Part shown: positions 1 to 12,840 of the stretch, piece by piece
How the letters are laid out: each line of letters begins with the position of its first letter
Position numbering within the stretch: the stretch's first letter is position 1
Assembly (NCBI RefSeq): GCF_018350175.1
Contig: NC_058380.1
Span: 55,552,001-55,616,000 of the forward strand
Length of the DNA stretch: 64,000 bases
Reading direction: 5' to 3'
Source of the DNA: Felis catus
Lineage: Eukaryota
The notes under the pieces: generated by a model
What the model saw: the letters and a program-made list of their open reading frames with translations, nothing else
Databases searched by the model: none
What the model was told of the DNA's origin: nothing
Program-made: the position numbers and the translations under genes

Positions 1-890
1 CTACTTAATTTCAAAAAGGAGTTGAGTCAGTGCTTTGATATAAATCACACACACATGAATTCCATGAAAACAACTTACATGGCCCCTTGCCCTTTACCTA
101 GCTAATTCACATATATTAGCTTGTTGAATGGATAGGTCAAAGTTTGGTATGCCCATTTGACCAGTAGAAAGCTCAGAGATGTTAAACTACCACCCCACAG
201 TCACTAAGTAAGTAAGTAGTACATCCGGGACCAGAAGCCTAAGTCTCCTGACTATATTTATGGGGCTCTTTACACCACATTGTATAGCCTCTGATGGGTT
301 TGCTGAAGAGAGTGCTGACTGGAGAGGGGCAGTAGGTGGAAGAATCTCAAGAGCCCTGGGCTTCTGACCCTTGGTGACCTAGTTGGGAACCATGGCCAAA
401 GTCCTGGCCTTTACTAAGACTTAGAGTTGGAGAACTGACTCCTCTTGGGATTTAGGAGTTAAGAGAGCTCATGACAAGGTAGGCTGCTTATTAGAGCTGT
501 CCAGTGTGAGCCCTCATTTTGATTTGACTTGTGGCCTGTGTGTAATGAACTCAGATGTAGCTCTGTGCTTCATTTCAACTTCACATTTCTAGTATGATAG
601 GTGTTGATTAGACCTGTAAGAATTTTTTTGAGTGGCTTCAGTGCTTCTCTGAGGTGTATATTCAAATATATATTTTTGTATGTTTGTTAATTACCTGTGG
701 CTTTCATAATCTCTATCCATTTTCCTAACTAAAGGAGTTTGAAAAAATAAAAAGCTATGTCTTTAGCAGAAGTCTCTTGTTCTCTCAAAAGAGATGGTCT
801 ATAGATCTGTTGTTTATAAAATATATGTAAAAATTTCCTGGGTTACTCATGGACTTACAGTTTGTTGCAAGTAAAAATGAAATGCTTCTC

Positions 891-1111
891 GGGGCGCCTG
901 GGTGGCGCAGTCGGTTAAGCGTCCGACTTCAGCCAGGTCACGATCTCGCGGTCCGTGAGTTCGAGCCCCGCGTCAGGCTCTGGGCTGATGGCTCAGAGCC
1001 TGGAGCCTGTTTCCGATTCTGTGTCTCCCTCTCTCTCTGCCCCTCCCCCGTTCATGCTCTGTCTCTCTCTGTCGCAAAAATAAATAAACGTTGAAAAAAA
1101 AAATTAAAAAA
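891..1111 (+). mobile_element. Young felid Can-SINE (SINEC_Fc-type)
   Basis: tRNA-derived head, CT tract, A tail; 17-bp TSD aaaaatgaaatgcttct (873-889 / 1112-1128); CpGs intact. Confidence 0.95.
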
Positions 1112-1224
1112 AAAAATGAAATGCTTCTTATCTGTCTGCTCCATTGCCACCAGCTCAGGTTTAATAAAATAAAAACATTTTTTGAAAAAAGCAGTCCCCT
1201 ACAAAGTAATACAAGCCAAAATAA

Positions 1225-1225
<1 letters not shown>

Positions 1226-1265
<40 letters not shown>
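1226..1265. repeat. (TG)n microsatellite
   Basis: about 20 TG units, 65 nt upstream of an NFX1 acceptor. Confidence 0.95.
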
Positions 1266-1267
<2 letters not shown>

Positions 1268-1330
1268 GTCTGTGTAAATATGTATGTGCACATCATGAAA
1301 GGTTGTTTTGTTTCATTGCTGCTCCATCAG

Positions 1331-1450
1331 GTTTTGATGAATTAACCTGCCACTGTGGTGCGTCAGTGATCTACCCTCCAGTTCCCTGTGGCACCAGACC
1401 CCCCGAGTGTACCCAGACCTGCGCCAGAGTCCATGAATGTGACCATCCAG
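1331..1450 (+). CDS. NFX1: NFX1 internal coding exon (NF-X1 zinc finger, [39 protein letters not shown])
   Basis: catcag|GT acceptor and CCAG|gtgggt donor; 120 bp; peptide matches NFX1 zinc-finger region. Confidence 0.95.
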
Positions 1451-1836
1451 GTGGGTCCCAACTCCTTGCCTCCCCCATCTCACAGCCTGTTTCACACTGT
1501 GTCATTTAGGATGTTGCATGACAGTCTTTACTGCTCTGAGGTCATGTTGTGATGGCCACCCCTGTTCCCTGTTCTCAGGGGCTGCTTCTGTGAAGGTGAG
1601 TCTGTAATCTGGGCCACAGCTGAGAATCAACAGTGCACTCCATTTCTTTACTCAGTGGATATCAAACACACCTGAAAGGCTGGAAGAATCTCCAGTTGAT
1701 CTTGTCTTTCAGGGACTTTTCTTCTTGTTGCCTTCAATTTTGATTTATATTTCAAAGTTGAATATCTTTTTGTAAAATTGAAACTAACTTTTTGTTGTTA
1801 AGGAAGTAATATATGTTTACTGTATAAAAAGAAAGA

Positions 1837-2036
1837 GGGGTGCCTAGGTGGCTCAGTTGGTTAAGCATCCAAATCTTGATTTCGGCTCAGCTCATAATCT
1901 CACAGTTGTGAGTTTGAGCCCCACATAGGGACTCTGCATTGACAGTGCAGAGTCTGCTTAGGATTCTCTCTCTCCCTCTCTCTGCCTCTCCTCCACTCAT
2001 GTGAATGCTCTCTCTCTCTCTCTCTCTCAGAATAAA
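1837..2036 (+). mobile_element. Older Can-SINE
   Basis: ggggtgcctaggtggctcag head, CT tract, aataaa tail. Confidence 0.85.
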
Positions 2037-3520
2037 TGAGATGAAGTCAAAAGATTGAAATTAAATCATCCATTATATCACCTTTTTACACCTTAATATA
2101 TATTTCTCAGGGCTTTTTACATGGGCAAAATAGATATTTGCATTTTTTTTTCATAATATTAAAGTGTGATGCTACTGAATTTATTTTAACTGGATTTTTC
2201 CCTCTTGTAATTTTAATCTTTCTTCTTGTCAATGAATATTTTTCTACAATATAGATTTTTAGTGGTTAATGGAGTGTGCTGTTACATGGATGGGCTATAA
2301 CTTAATCTCATGTTGTTAGATAATTATTTCCAATTCTTCTTTCATAAACTGCTGTAGACATCCGGCCAGCAGCTACTTAATACCATCCATTTTCTGTCCA
2401 GTCTAGTCACTAGCTTTCCTCTAGGACCATTGTAGGCTCATCATTTCATTTTACCAAGTCCCAGAGGCAAACCTGAAATAACTGAAGTCACCAGATTTGG
2501 TACTTAGAGTAAGCCATATAGTTCAGACTGACAAATAAACAACCGTTTTCATTTTTTGAGTATTTTAATAGAGTAAAAAAGAAGTAAATTCCTCATGAAG
2601 TAGAATGTCCCTTCTTTCCTGGGGACCTTTGGAGGGCCCTCCCAACTTAGTTTGGTGTTCACACCAGATGAAGTAAGTGCCCGAGCCAATACTCACCCAC
2701 TCCCTCCTTCACACTCATTTGCAAATGTCACAGATGAAGTCCAAATCCTGGTGGGTAATGTCCATAATAAGAACTTAACCATTTTTGAGGTGTGTTGTTT
2801 TAGCCCACTTTTGTTCAGCATTCTTTTAACTTTTCTTGAGAGTTAGTTGTATACCCACCATGGTATCAGACACAGAGAGAGGTTCAGAGGAAGAAAAAAG
2901 TAACCCATGATCTCAAGATTTTTCTGTTCTTCCCAAGAGGAAGAGGATGGTAGTTATATGCACATGACACACAACCAACCGTTTCGTAAAGATGGGCCAG
3001 ATAACATGGTAGCAAGCCATTGACATTAGGGAGTGTAAGAGAGCTCTGAGCAGGGTATGGTCAGCCAAGAAAGGCTTTGTTGGAGGAGATGAGTTAGGAT
3101 GAACTGCCTCTTACAGGCAGCAAGGAAATTGAAAGGAATCAGGGGAGCATGTCAGATGGCATGAGTAGCAGAGATAACTGAGCTGTATGTGATAGGGCCA
3201 AAAGAATGACTGAGTAGAATGGACAGACCAGGGTCTGTGCTGCAGGAGATGAGTGGAAAAGCTGCCTCCTTCTCTGCTTCTGTGTTTGGTGTGTCTGTCC
3301 CACCTCAGTGGGATTTCTTTTACTCACTCATGCTCATCCTTCAGCACTTTGAAATAAAGTCGCCTACTTTTTACTTTCCTGTGACCATTTTAAAAAGTAT
3401 TCCAGCTTCTAAACTTAAAAGTTCTATGTTCTATACCATTAAAACATATATAATAATTTATGTGCTTTATTTAAACATTATTCCTAGACATAATTCCTAA
3501 TTTCCTTTCTCTCTTAACAG

Positions 3521-3600
3521 TGTATCATTCTTGTCATAGTGAAGAGAAGTGTCCCCCTTGTACTTTCCTGACTCAGAAGTGGTGCATGGGCAAACACGAG
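3521..3600 (+). CDS. NFX1: NFX1 coding exon ([27 protein letters not shown])
   Basis: pyrimidine tract + taacag acceptor, GAG|gtaagt donor; 80 bp; phase fits previous exon. Confidence 0.95.
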
Positions 3601-3766
3601 GTAAGTTTTCTCTCCCAAGTATTCATTGTTCCAGCTAGAGATTTATGATTGAATTACTTTTAGAGTTGTTAGTCTCATTGTTTCTCAAAGTAAAAATATA
3701 CTCCAAGAAGCAGAGGTTTGCTTTGGCCCCTTTTTTTCTTTTCTTTTTTTAAGTTAAGGTAGAATT

Positions 3767-3980
3767 TGGGGTGCCTGCATGGCTCAGTTGGTTAAGCAAC
3801 TGACTTCGGCTCAGGTCATGATCTCACAGTGTGTGAGTTCAAGCCCCGTGTAGGTCTCTGTGCTGGCAGCACAGAGCGTACTTTAGATTCTCTTTCTCCC
3901 TCTCTCTCTGCTCCTCCCCTGCTCTTGTGCTCTCTCTCTCTCTCCCTATCTCTCTCAAAATAAATAAAATAAACATTTTA
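3767..3980 (+). mobile_element. Can-SINE inserted at the end of an L1 fragment
   Basis: SINE head and tail; TSD-like ttaaggtagaattt / ttaaggtataattt. Confidence 0.85.
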
Positions 3981-3984
3981 ATTA

Positions 3985-4400
3985 ATTAAGGTATAATTTG
4001 CATAAAATAGAATTTTACCCTTTTAAGTGTACAGGTCCTTGAGTTTTGCAAAAACATTCATACAGTCATGTAACCATCACCATAATCGAGATGTAGAATA
4101 GTTCATTCACCCCCCAAATATTCCTTCATGCCCTTTTTTTTTTTTAAGTTTTTATTTATTTATAATATCTACACCCAATGTGGAGCTTGAACTCATGACC
4201 TTGAGATCAAGAGTCACATGCTGTACTAACTGAGCCAGCCAGGTGTCCCTCCTTCATGCATCTCTATAGTTATTTTCCCTCCTGTCTCTAGGCCCCAGCA
4301 ATCAATGATCTATTATCTATCCCAGTAGTTTTGCCTTTTCCAGAATGTCACGTGAATGAAGTCATACAATAGGTAGTATAGTGAGCCTCTTTTGCTTTCA
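3985..4400 (-). mobile_element. Old L1 (L1M-type) 3' fragment interrupted by a short - strand Can-SINE (about 4135-4250)
   Basis: typical reverse L1 3'UTR text (ttttaagtgtacag...gtaaccatcacc...ttgccttttccagaatgtca). Confidence 0.7.
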
Positions 4401-5457
4401 TTTTTACTCTGGTTGCAACTAAGTTAAACTCAGTCAGTTGACCTTGAGAACAAGGGCTGTATTTCAGAGACAACTTCCAGGTTCACCAGCAAAGGTTGCT
4501 AGCCTGCATAAAGGTGTTTCATTAAGAGCATCCCAAGAGTGGTGGTGTCTCTCCACCAGGGGCCACTCTTCCTTCCTCTGTGCCCTGTGCAGCTTCCTAT
4601 TCTGGCCAGTAGGTCCAAACACCTTCCTCCAGGCTCACCTACACCTCTGCAGTGCCATTACCATGAAGGACTTTTCATCCGCATTCTCAATTTGTAAGCT
4701 TATTAGGCACCATTACCTATAGACCCTTTGAAACACTTTTAAGAATTCCTTATTTAAAAAATGCATATTCATTGTAGACAATTAAGAGCATACATTCTGC
4801 AATCCAGAAATAAATACTGTTCACATTCTTGTGTATAGACTATAAGTCATGTGTGATACACACTTTCTCATACTCTTTTAAGATTATACTATTGTGTAAC
4901 CTACTTTTTACTTCATAACATATTAAGCAACATTTTTGGAAACCCTTGGCATTTGTGACAACATGCGTTCAATATCTTTATCTTGATGGACGTATTTTTC
5001 TTCACTTATTTCCTGTAAGTGGTTCTCAAGTCATTTGTCGTTTATTAGTATCTTCCTCTATGAGTCTTACTTTCTCCGAGAGTAGCCATTCTAAGGCATC
5101 CATGTATCATCTTTGTGTTGATGGCTTATTTGACTTCCTTCAACAAATAGCTTTTACATACCTACTGTGTGCTGGGTAACAGGCTAAGTTCACATGATTC
5201 AGAAGAGAACAAGAGAGGCATGACTGCTGCCTTCGTGGAGCCTTTACCCTGGGGCAGGAGGCAGGCATTTAAACAGTGCAATAGCAGTTTAAACAGTACA
5301 GTAGCAGGGCAAGTACAAAGGACTGAGCAGGATCAAAGGAGCCCCCACCCAAGGAAGGTGTTTGTAGAGGAGGTAACTTCCTAAAGGATAATGAAAAGTA
5401 GGTAAGTAATGAGGGGAGGGAAAACAGAGGACACAGTGTGTGCAAAAATTATCTCCA

Positions 5458-5914
5458 GGGGCACCTGAGTGGCTCAATTGGTTAAGTGACTGACTTTGGC
5501 ACAGGTCGTGATCTCACGGCTTGTGAGTTCGAGCCCTGCATCAGATTCTGTGTCTCCTTCTCTCTCTGCCCCTCCCCCATCCACACTCTGTCACTCAAAA
5601 ATAAATAAACATTAAAAAAAATAAAAATAAATTATCTCCAGACCCTGGTATTAGTGTAGGTAAGTTTAATGATTGGGAACTACATTCTACCAAAATACTT
5701 ATATAGCAATTCTTCCTTTTTTTTTTTATGTTTATTTATTTATTTTGAGAGAGAGCACATCTGTGAGCAGAGGAGGGGCAGAGAGAGAATCCCAAGCAGG
5801 CTCCCTGATGTCAGAGCAGAGCCTGACATAGGGCTCAATCTTGTGAACCATGAGATCATGACCTGAGCCAAAATCAAGAGTCAGACACTGAACTGACTGA
5901 GCCACCCAGGTGCC
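5458..5914. mobile_element. Can-SINE (+, about 5458-5630, internally deleted) and Can-SINE (-, about 5718-5914)
   Basis: SINE heads and tails in opposite orientation. Confidence 0.85.
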
Positions 5915-6176
5915 ACTCTAAAGCAGTTCTAAAGCGATAGGAAGCGTGTACATTCTAGACTTTGGAGGCCTTTTTAAGAGTAAAAGTTAGATGTCACTAG
6001 AGTCAAAGTATATTCCTTATTTTGAGGGTTCTCAAAAGAATTTGAGTCAATATGTAAGAGTAAACTTTGCTCCCACAGGAACAAAATTCTAGCATCTTTT
6101 TCCTGGAGTAAGGAATCCTGAAAGAAGGTGATTTCCAAAAATTAAAAGTTTGGGGTTTCATGGCCTATTGCCTCTT

Positions 6177-6179
<3 letters not shown>

Positions 6180-6210
<31 letters not shown>

Positions 6211-6763
6211 GGGAGAGTGCTTGAGCTGGGGAGAGGGGTAGCAGACTCCACACTCAGCACGGAGCCTGTCGTGGGGCTTAGGACCATGACCCAAGCCAAA
6301 ATCAAGAGTCGGACGTCCAGCCAACTGAACCACCCAGGGGCCACCCCCCCACCTTTTTTATATTTATTTATTTTGGGGAGAGCGCAAGCAGGAGAGGGAC
6401 AAAGAGGGGGCGGAGGGGACAGAGGATCCAAAGTGGACTCTGCACTGACAGGCTGACAGCCATGAGCCTGATGTGGAGCTCGAACTCATGAACCGCAAGA
6501 TCGTGACCTGAGCTGAAGTCAGACACTCAGCCGACTGAGCCACTCAGGCACCTGCCTTTTAATTTTTTTTTTTTTAATTTTTTAAAATTTATTTTGAGAG
6601 AGAAAATGAGTGGGGGAGGGTCAGAGAAAGAGGGAAAGAGAAAGAATCTCAAGCAGGCTCTGCATTGTCAGCCTGGAGCCTGACGTGGCTGAATCCACGA
6701 ACAACGAGATCATGACTGAAGCCAGAGTCAGGTGCTTAACTGACTGAACCACTCAGGCACCCC
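6180..6763 (-). mobile_element. Three tandem - strand Can-SINEs
   Basis: three poly-T / (GA)n / ...gagccacccagg units; outer duplication tgcctcttaatttt. Confidence 0.85.
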
Positions 6764-7281
6764 TGCCTCTTAATTTTTTTAAATGATAAAGCTACCTAAA
6801 GTTAAAGATACCGTGAGTTGGGAAATGTGAGGAGAGTTGATTATTTGATTATTTAATTATTTCTGTAAAACAGCACTGCCAGCAGTCTTGAAACCATGGG
6901 TCAAGGGTGCCTCCCAACCCTCAGTGCCCTAAGCTGTTTGCAAAGGGAGGAAAAGGTTATCTGATCCTCCTAGTTGGTCAGAGCATATCAGATACTCCCT
7001 AGTTATCTAGTTTCATGTGCTTGCTACCCGTCCTGGGAAGTGTATATCCTCAGTCACACTTGATTGCTAGCACAAATTCTTTTGGATCATAACAAGGGTT
7101 ATTAAATAAGTTCCAGATTTGTTTATTTTCAGACAAATTATGTTCAGATTTTGAAAATCCACGTAATTTTTTTTAAGATCAAAATAACTTTTTGAAAATT
7201 CAGAAATGTTTGAATAGGAAGTTAAAACTCATCCCAGATCGCACACGGAGATAAGAATCTGGCTACTTCTGTCTCTCCTAG

Positions 7282-7512
7282 TTACGAAGCAACATCCCCT
7301 GTCACCTGGCTGATATCTCTTGCGGATTACCCTGCAGTGCCACGCTACCATGTGGAATGCACAAGTGTCAGAGACTCTGTCACAAAGGAGAGTGTCTTGT
7401 GGATGAGGCCTGCAAGCAGCCCTGCACCACCCCCAGAGCTGACTGTGGCCACCCATGTATGGCACCCTGCCACCCCAGCTCACCCTGCCCCACGACTGCT
7501 TGTAAAGCCAAG
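7282..7512 (+). CDS. NFX1: NFX1 coding exon ([15 protein letters not shown]...CPTTACKAK)
   Basis: ctcctag acceptor, AAG|gtgcgt donor; 231 bp = 77 codons; Cys/His-rich zinc fingers. Confidence 0.95.
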
Positions 7513-8370
7513 GTGCGTATTCCTGGCTCCAGATAGGGCATTGACTATGGTTGTGGGGCTGCTCGTGAGTCCAGAGCTGAGGCTCCTGGGCATAGAGTCT
7601 AATCAGAGATCATTGGTTGCAAGGAACTGCAAGCTAAGGTGGAGCAAGAGAAAGGTGGGGTACACTGTACAGATTCCTGTCTGCCCAGCTTGATGTGGCC
7701 TTCTAGTTCAGAAGGTACCCACTGCTGTCTGACCAGTCTGTCTCTCTCCCTTAGAACAAATTCTCAAGAGAGACTCTGATTGCCTACTCCATTTATTCAA
7801 CAAATATATGTGTCTGTGTTGCGCAAGATGTTTTGCTAGGTGCTAGGGCTCTACCGGTGAACAGGAGGCACATGATCCTTTCAATTAGATGGGACAGATC
7901 CTTACTAATTACTCAGATACTGAATTATGACTGTGGTGAATAAGAGGTTACACCCTGATAGAAGGTGCTATGAGAGCATGAGAGTGGGCAACTTAGCCTG
8001 GTCTGAGGGATCTAAGTAGGGCTTCCCTGAGGAGGTGAAAGCAGGCAGTGGACCTGATTAGGCCTTGGATGGTCCTGGGTCAGGTTCAATGGTAAAAACT
8101 TCATTTCTAGGCCTGCCCCTTCAGGTGGGGTTAAGGACTGTAGTAGTTCCCAGAAAGGGTCCCTGTAGAATGAACGGTTCCCTCCTAGTGTGTCAACTAC
8201 CACGTTGTCTAGTTGCATGCATGGTTAGCTTCCTCCATCCTGTAGGGTAACCACTCACTGTCTATATCCTCTGCCATGGTTTGATTTGAGAGAGACTTTA
8301 AAAGTGTGAAACCTGCCTATTCACATGGTTTCTATGTGCTAAAAGTCGCTCCATGTTAATCTTATTTCAG

Positions 8371-8444
8371 ATAGAGCTGCAGTGTGAATGTGGACGAAGA
8401 AAAGAGATGATGATTTGCTCTGAAGCATCCAGTACTTATCAAAG
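8371..8444 (+). CDS. NFX1: NFX1 coding exon ([25 protein letters not shown])
   Basis: atttcag acceptor, AG|gttagt donor; 74 bp. Confidence 0.95.
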
Positions 8445-9257
8445 GTTAGTGCTGCTCAAATGTTAATAGCAGTGGATCTCAGTATACAGAGGTTATACAC
8501 GTGTATACCGGTGTTTGTTGTAGCATCCTTGCAACTTTTGTTGTGGAAAGTTGTTTAAATAAATTTTCCTCAGTCTAGTTTTTATGGTTCAGAGAGAAAG
8601 TATTGTTTTGTCCCTTTCCTTCCATAACTTTCATTTGTAAAATAACCTTTTTATTTTTCTTCCTCTTTCTCTCCCTTCTGGTCTTGTTATACCCTGAGAT
8701 CAGAAGGGATGATGTCCTGAAGTTACATGAATTGCTTTAACATCCCACCATTTGTGTTAGCACAGCCAGGACCAAGTCCTGTGCTCTTCCCCTGTAGTGG
8801 GGGTTTCTGACTGTTCTGTGAATTGTCTTTGCAGCCCCCTGAAATCCTAGAACCAGGTGGTCAGAAAGGGATCTGAGTAAGGAGGTGAAGGTGTTAGGAA
8901 TGTGTGTTTGTCTCTGATTAGGTGCAGAGAGGTGTCATGGAGATAGCATTTTTAGAGTATAGAGACATCAGAGTAGCTTTGACAACAGTGGGTTTCAAAA
9001 TACTGACTGACTGCCAGGCATTGGCCTGGATATTCAAGGGAGATTAAATAGACTGTCTCATTGCTTCCTATGGAGCTGCTTAGAATCTGATTGAGGAGAT
9101 ATGACATAAACGTGTGGGTAGTTCATAATAGATGGGTTTCTGAAGCCACATGAATTGTCCAGTGATAGATTTGACTTGAAGGAAGTCTTCTCTGTACTTA
9201 GTATTAGAACATTCCTGTGAAACTGCAATGCCTTTTCTTCCCTTTTTTATACTTCAG

Positions 9258-9359
9258 AATAGCTGCTATTTCCATGGCCTCTAAAATAACAGACATGCAG
9301 CTTGGAGATTCAGTGGAAATCAGCAAGTTAATTACTAAGAAGGAAATTCACCAAGCCAG
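9258..9359 (+). CDS. NFX1: NFX1 coding exon ([34 protein letters not shown])
   Basis: acttcag acceptor, AG|gtaatt donor; 102 bp, phase 2-2. Confidence 0.95.
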
Positions 9360-9878
9360 GTAATTTTTAAAATGTGTGTCTTCTGTTAGAATTAATTTCC
9401 AGAGGATAGGAACTATTTATTTATATCTCAATCCCCCACAGCAAACCCTTGCACACAGAGTAGGTGTTCCAACAGACGTTTGAACTTAAGAGACCACACC
9501 CACTCCAATCCAGCAAATCTTATTCAGGATATAGCTACAACCAGAGGAGACTTAGGCCTCTCCTCAAACAGTAGCCAGAGGAAGCAGAGACCTAGATGTG
9601 TCCAGCCCAACTCACAGAGAACAGAGAACCAGCTGTGCCAAGAGAAGGAAGTGGCGCTGTGAGAGGGTCATTGGAAGCATTTTGGCGACACTTTGAGGCC
9701 CTTCTGAGAACTAGATTACCATAACCAAGAGGCCCACCCACCTGTCCTTGAAAGGGACCTCATGTAGCCATGTTTTGGCCAGAATCTGCTCTGTTTCCAG
9801 GTTGACTAAGAACTTATTGTTGGGTAGAAGCTGTGAAATCTGTGCCCTGACTTTTATTTTTTTCATTTGTTTCTCAAG

Positions 9879-9920
9879 GCTGGAGTGTGATGAGGAGTGT
9901 TTAGCCTTGGAAAGGAAAAA
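9879..9920 (+). CDS. NFX1: NFX1 small coding exon (LECDEECLALERKK)
   Basis: T-rich tract + ctcaag acceptor, AA|gtaagt donor; 42 bp. Confidence 0.92.
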
Positions 9921-10224
9921 GTAAGTCATTTCAACTGCTGTTTATCTACTTGTCCTTGAGCTCTGTGAAGTTAGTGGGAGGGAGCAACTGTTGAAGCATT
10001 CATTCAGCACCTGCTGAGTCTTTTGCTGCTATTGGAGAGCAAGAGAAATTCAATCATCAAGAATTGTAATGTCTAAGGATAAACCACTTAGGTGATTTCA
10101 GCACATTTCCGAAACATGAGCTTATTGGTTTTGGGCATGGCGTAAACATCACATGCTACAGGATACTTATTCACTGACTGGCAGACTTCCTGATTCCAGT
10201 GGAGATAAGAGGCTCAAAACTTTT

Positions 10225-12840
10225 TTAATGACCTTTTATGTTGAAATATAGCATACATATAGATCAGAAGTGCACAGATCAGTGAGTCATCACAAAGTGA
10301 ATACAGTGGTGTAATCCGTACCCAGGTCAAGAAATAGAAAATTACCAGAACACTTTTGTATACTCCATAAAGATAAAACATCTATCCTGACTTCTAACAC
10401 TTCAGATTAGTTTTGTCTGTTTTTGGACTTTAAATAAATGATGAAATCTTGTAGTTTGTATTATTTTTGTCTGGCTTCATTCATTACATTTGTGATCTTC
10501 ATTCCTGTTGTTGCATATAGCAGTACTTGGGTCATTTGCATTTCTGCATGATATTTTAATGTATTAAGATATTATAATTTATTTATCATTCAACCATTAA
10601 TAGGTATGTGTATGGTTATGAGTGTTGGGCTATTATAAATAATGCTCTGTTAATGGGGCACCTGCGTGGCTCAGTTGGTTGAACGTCCGAATTTGGCTTA
10701 GGTCATGATCTCATGGTTCGTGGGTTCGAGCCCCACATTGGGCTCTGTGCTGACAGCTCAGCCTGGGGCCTGCTTTGAATTCTGTCTCCCTCTCTCTCTG
10801 CCCCTCCTGTGCTCGTGTTCTGTCTCTCTTTCTCAAAAATAAATAAACATTTGAAAATTTTTTTAAAAAATGCTGTTAAGAACATCCACATACTTCTTTT
10901 GCCATATATACATACTCATTTCTGTTAGTTACAAACTTGGGAGTAGACTTACTGATTGATAGTTAATAGTGTATTCATATGTTCAGCTTTAGTCAGTTCT
11001 CCGCAACAGTATCCAAAATGGTTGTGCCATATTATACTCCCAGCAGCAGGGTAATAGTTCCCATTGCTCTACTTTTTTCTTCTTTTTTCTTTTTTGTTTT
11101 TTTCTTTACATTTTTATTAGCACTTGGAATTGTCTGTCTGTTTTTGTTTTTTTTTTTAAATTTTTTTAATGTTTATTACTTTTGAGAGAGAGAGACAGAG
11201 TGCAAGTGGGGGAGGGGCAGAGAGAGAGGGAGACAGAATTCGAAGTAAGCTCCAGGCTCTGAGCTGTCACCCCAAAACCCTGTGCGAGGCTCAAACTCAT
11301 GAACTGTAAGATCGTGATCTGAACCAAAGTCAGATGCTTAACTGACTGAGCCACCCAGGCGCCCCGGAATTGACAGTCTTTAATTTTAATCTATTCTTAT
11401 GAATTTGTAGCTGATGTCAGTGAGCTTTTAGTTTATATTTCCCTGATGACTAGTGAGGTTGAATGCCTTTTTATATGGTTATTGGCAATTTGGATATCCC
11501 CTTTTGTGAAGTGCTTATTCAATTCTTTTAGTTATTTTGTAATTGTGTTGTCCTTTTCATATTCATTAGTAGGAGTTCTTTATATATTTTGGATGTGAAT
11601 CCTTTGTTGATTTTCAGTATTGTATTTTCCTGCACTTAGTGCCTTCGGTTTTCACTCTCTTAATGGTATCTTTTGATAGGCAGAAGTTTCTGATTTTAAT
11701 GTAATCTAGTTTATCAGTCTTCTCCTTAGATACTAGTGCTTTTTATGTCCTGTTAAAGAAGTATTTGTCTATCTTGAGATCATGATGATACTCTGTTATT
11801 GTCTAGAACCTGTATTATTTTACCTTTTACATTTAGATCTACAGTTGACCTGGACTGATTTTTTTTTTTTTTTTTTTGAGTATGGTTTAAGGAGAGTTCA
11901 CAACTCAGTTTTTTTCCATATGAATATTCATGTGACCAGTACTATTATCAAGATGTCATTTTCCCCAGTCTCTCTAGTGCCTCCCTTGTCTTAAATCAGG
12001 TATTCATATTACGTGTGGATCTATTTCTGAGCTCATTCTGTTCCATCATGCTAGAATCATACTCTCTTAATTGTACCTTTATAACAATAAAGGTCTTACT
12101 ATCTGATAGTTTATCTCTTCAAGCATGGTTCTTCAAGATTAACTTGACTGTTCTTGGGTATTTGCATTTTCATTTAAACTTTAGAGTTAGCTTATCAATA
12201 TCTGCTTAAAAACCTACTAAGATTTTGATTGAATTGGTATTCAATTTATAGATCAATTTGGGAAATTTGACATTTTTATAATATTGAGTCTTCTAATCCA
12301 TGAACAAGGTATACCTTCCATTTATTCCTGTCTTCTTTGATTTCTCTCAGTGATACTTCATATTTTTCTAGATACAGATTTTGTACATCTTTTGGTAGAT
12401 TTGTCCCTTGCTGGTTGATGGTTTTGATGCTTTTTTAAGTGGTAATTTTTTTTGTATCACTTTTTTTTCTCTCCTCTCCCCTCTTGTATCACTTTTAAAA
12501 TTTTATTTTCTAAAAAAGCAAAACAAAATAAATTTAATTTTCTAATTGCTTATTGCTGGTATATAGAAATGTAACTGATGTTTGTTGACCTGTATTCACA
12601 ACCTTGCTAAATTCACTTATTTCTTATTTCATGTCCTTTTCTAATAATAGTAATTTTATTTCTTTCCAATTCTTATCTGTTTTCTTTTTCTTGCCTCATT
12701 ATACTGGCTCACGCCTACAGTACAGTGTTGAATAGGTGGTTGATAGTAGGTATTCCTGACACCAGAGAGCTTTAAATATTTCACTGCTAAATATATTTTC
12801 TATTAGTTATTTGAGGATACTCTTCATCAGATTAGGAGGC
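10225..12840 (-). mobile_element. Ancient L1 (L1ME/MC-like) 3' region, about 2.6 kb, with two inserted Can-SINEs (+ about 10655-10870; - about 11145-11365)
   Basis: T-rich reverse L1 ORF2/3'UTR text (tttccctgatgactagtgaggttgaa, tagatcaatttggg, ttctaatccatgaaca). Confidence 0.8.

Noticed and set aside
849-1094. Recurrent ORFs with GAPGWRSRLSVRLQPGHD or MAQSVK... peptides (also 17972, 49832 and many others)
   Set aside because: Translations of Can-SINE sequence, not a gene family
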